Source: Cupriavidus necator
Lineage (GTDB): Bacteria; Pseudomonadota; Gammaproteobacteria; Burkholderiales; Burkholderiaceae
Assembly (NCBI RefSeq): GCF_016127575.1
Contig: NZ_CP066018.1
Coordinates: forward strand, 3,420,001 to 3,452,000
Reading direction: 5' to 3'
DNA: 32,000 bases
The position numbers and the translations under genes were made by a program. Shown here in pieces: positions 30,780 to 32,000 of this stretch. The notes beneath the pieces are model-generated. The model ran no database searches and was not told the origin of the DNA. It worked only from the letters and a program-made list of their open reading frames with translations. The stretch's first letter is position 1, and the number at the start of each line of letters is the position of its first letter.

Positions 30780-32000
30780 TCAGGCCTTGGCAGGGCCGCC
30801 GTCGGGACCCGCAGGGCCCGCTCCGCTACCGTCGGCGCCAGTACCTTCGGTGCCGTCGAAGGCATCAGCCGCACCGGGAGTGAGAGGGGCGGGGGCAGCG
30901 GCGGGCGGCACGGCGGACGTGCCCGGCGTAAGGAGTCGCCGGCGATTCCGTTCCCCCAACTCGTGCGCGATACGATCGATCGAGCCGTCCGGATGTGGCG
31001 GAATCTGCGGGGCGTGCTCGCGATAGTCGCGGTTGCGCCGGTGCCACTCGGGCACGCGCTGCTCGATCATCATCAACGCGCCGCGCTGGTATCCCGGCAG
31101 CATTCCGATATTGCCAAAGGTCCCCATATGTGGCGGACTGTGATAGACGGGGGCGAGCGTCGCATCTGCAAGCATATCCGAGGCCGGAATGCAGCCGGAT
31201 GTCATCTGTTCGACGATGGGCCGCAGTGCGCGCTCGGCCTGCAGCTGGAGCACAAGCTCGCCATGCATCAGCCAGGCGAGCGGTGTCGGTCCTGCCGGCC
31301 CCGTCAGATCGAAGTGATCAATGGTGTGCTTGTCCCATACACGCCATTGGGGCGCGGGGATGACCGGATCCTGCGGGGCGGCGAAGCTGACCCCTGCCGG
31401 GATCAGCAGTGCGGCCATTTCCGACAGCATTGCGCCCGTCGGGTTGTCGGGATTGGTGATGTCCTTCATCGGTGCAGCGGCATCGAGCCAGACATCGGGG
31501 TAACGCAGCGCCAGCGCAAAGATGGCGTGGGCGGCGGCACGCTGTTCCGGCATGCCAAACTCTTCGGTGCCGTTGGCGTAGAGATCGATTGCGCGGTCGA
31601 GATCGTGCAGGACACGGTCAAGCAGGACCTGCAGCTTGAGCGTATCGGGGTCGCAGTCGCAACGGGTGACACAGTCGATGGTCGAAGCAAATCTGCCGCG
31701 CAGACTGACCAGATTCATCAGACGCTGCTCGGCAAAGGTGGTGCCGCTCCCTCCGTAAAGGCCATACATCAGTACGCTGGGACGCGCAATGCGCAGGAGG
31801 CGCAGGCCGCCGGAAGCCTGGAAGCCGTCCACGAACAACTGCAAGGCGTCCTGAAACGCCAGCAGCGGTGGCGCGTCGCGGACCGGCAGGTGCAGCGTCA
31901 CCTGCACGAAGCGCGAGAACCGCCCGAGCATGTTCCATGCGGTCGCGCCGACCCGGCGCAGCCCGTCGCTCGAGCCTCCCGCACACAGCTGGATCATTTC
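30780..32000 (-). CDS. Hypothetical protein with a Pro/Ala/Gly-rich C-terminal tail; the reading frame is open to the right edge, so it may be 5'-truncated
   Basis: A 405-aa ORF in the track (ATG at 31997), but the frame continues through 32000 with no stop. The body has ordinary composition, and roughly the last 50 residues are low complexity. Confidence 0.6.
   Translation of the reverse strand, partial: EMIQLCAGGSSDGLRRVGATAWNMLGRFSRFVQVTLHLPVRDAPPLLAFQDALQLFVDGFQASGGLRLLRIARPSVLMYGLYGGSGTTFAEQRLMNLVSLRGRFASTIDCVTRCDCDPDTLKLQVLLDRVLHDLDRAIDLYANGTEEFGMPEQRAAAHAIFALALRYPDVWLDAAAPMKDITNPDNPTGAMLSEMAALLIPAGVSFAAPQDPVIPAPQWRVWDKHTIDHFDLTGPAGPTPLAWLMHGELVLQLQAERALRPIVEQMTSGCIPASDMLADATLAPVYHSPPHMGTFGNIGMLPGYQRGALMMIEQRVPEWHRRNRDYREHAPQIPPHPDGSIDRIAHELGERNRRRLLTPGTSAVPPAAAPAPLTPGAADAFDGTEGTGADGSGAGPAGPDGGPAKA

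Overview
High-GC betaproteobacterial-looking chromosome segment; the Cupriavidus/Ralstonia-like assignment is an inference from gene order and codon bias. It is densely coding, and I saw no rRNA, tRNA, CRISPR, IS or integrase signatures. From left to right there are five blocks. (1) A minus-strand leucine/isovalerate catabolic block holds an acyl-CoA synthetase, ivd, mccB and the start of mccA, with a divergent TetR regulator. (2) A catechol/benzoate ortho-cleavage regulon is built around a CatR/BenM-type LysR gene. catB-catC-catD plus a DUF849/BKACE gene lie downstream on the minus strand, and catA-benABCD is divergent on the plus strand. ATAC-N7-GTAT operators are visible in both promoter regions. 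(3) An alpha/beta hydrolase and a MocR/GabR-type regulator follow. (4) A tightly coupled nine-gene plus-strand operon sits behind a textbook sigma-54 promoter. Its first seven genes match the conserved Nit1C / MSMEG_0567-0572 / Sll0783-0787 set: small protein, nitrilase, radical SAM, GNAT, PurM-like, small protein, flavoprotein. Here that set is extended by a double-hotdog LnmK-like protein and a single-chain B12 acyl-CoA mutase. (5) A convergent minus-strand operon has at least five genes, a DUF4438-like protein plus four proteins I cannot place, and runs off the right edge. Blocks 4 and 5 are the best candidates for undescribed biology. Many long ORFs in the track are antisense or out-of-frame shadows typical of high-GC DNA and were rejected.
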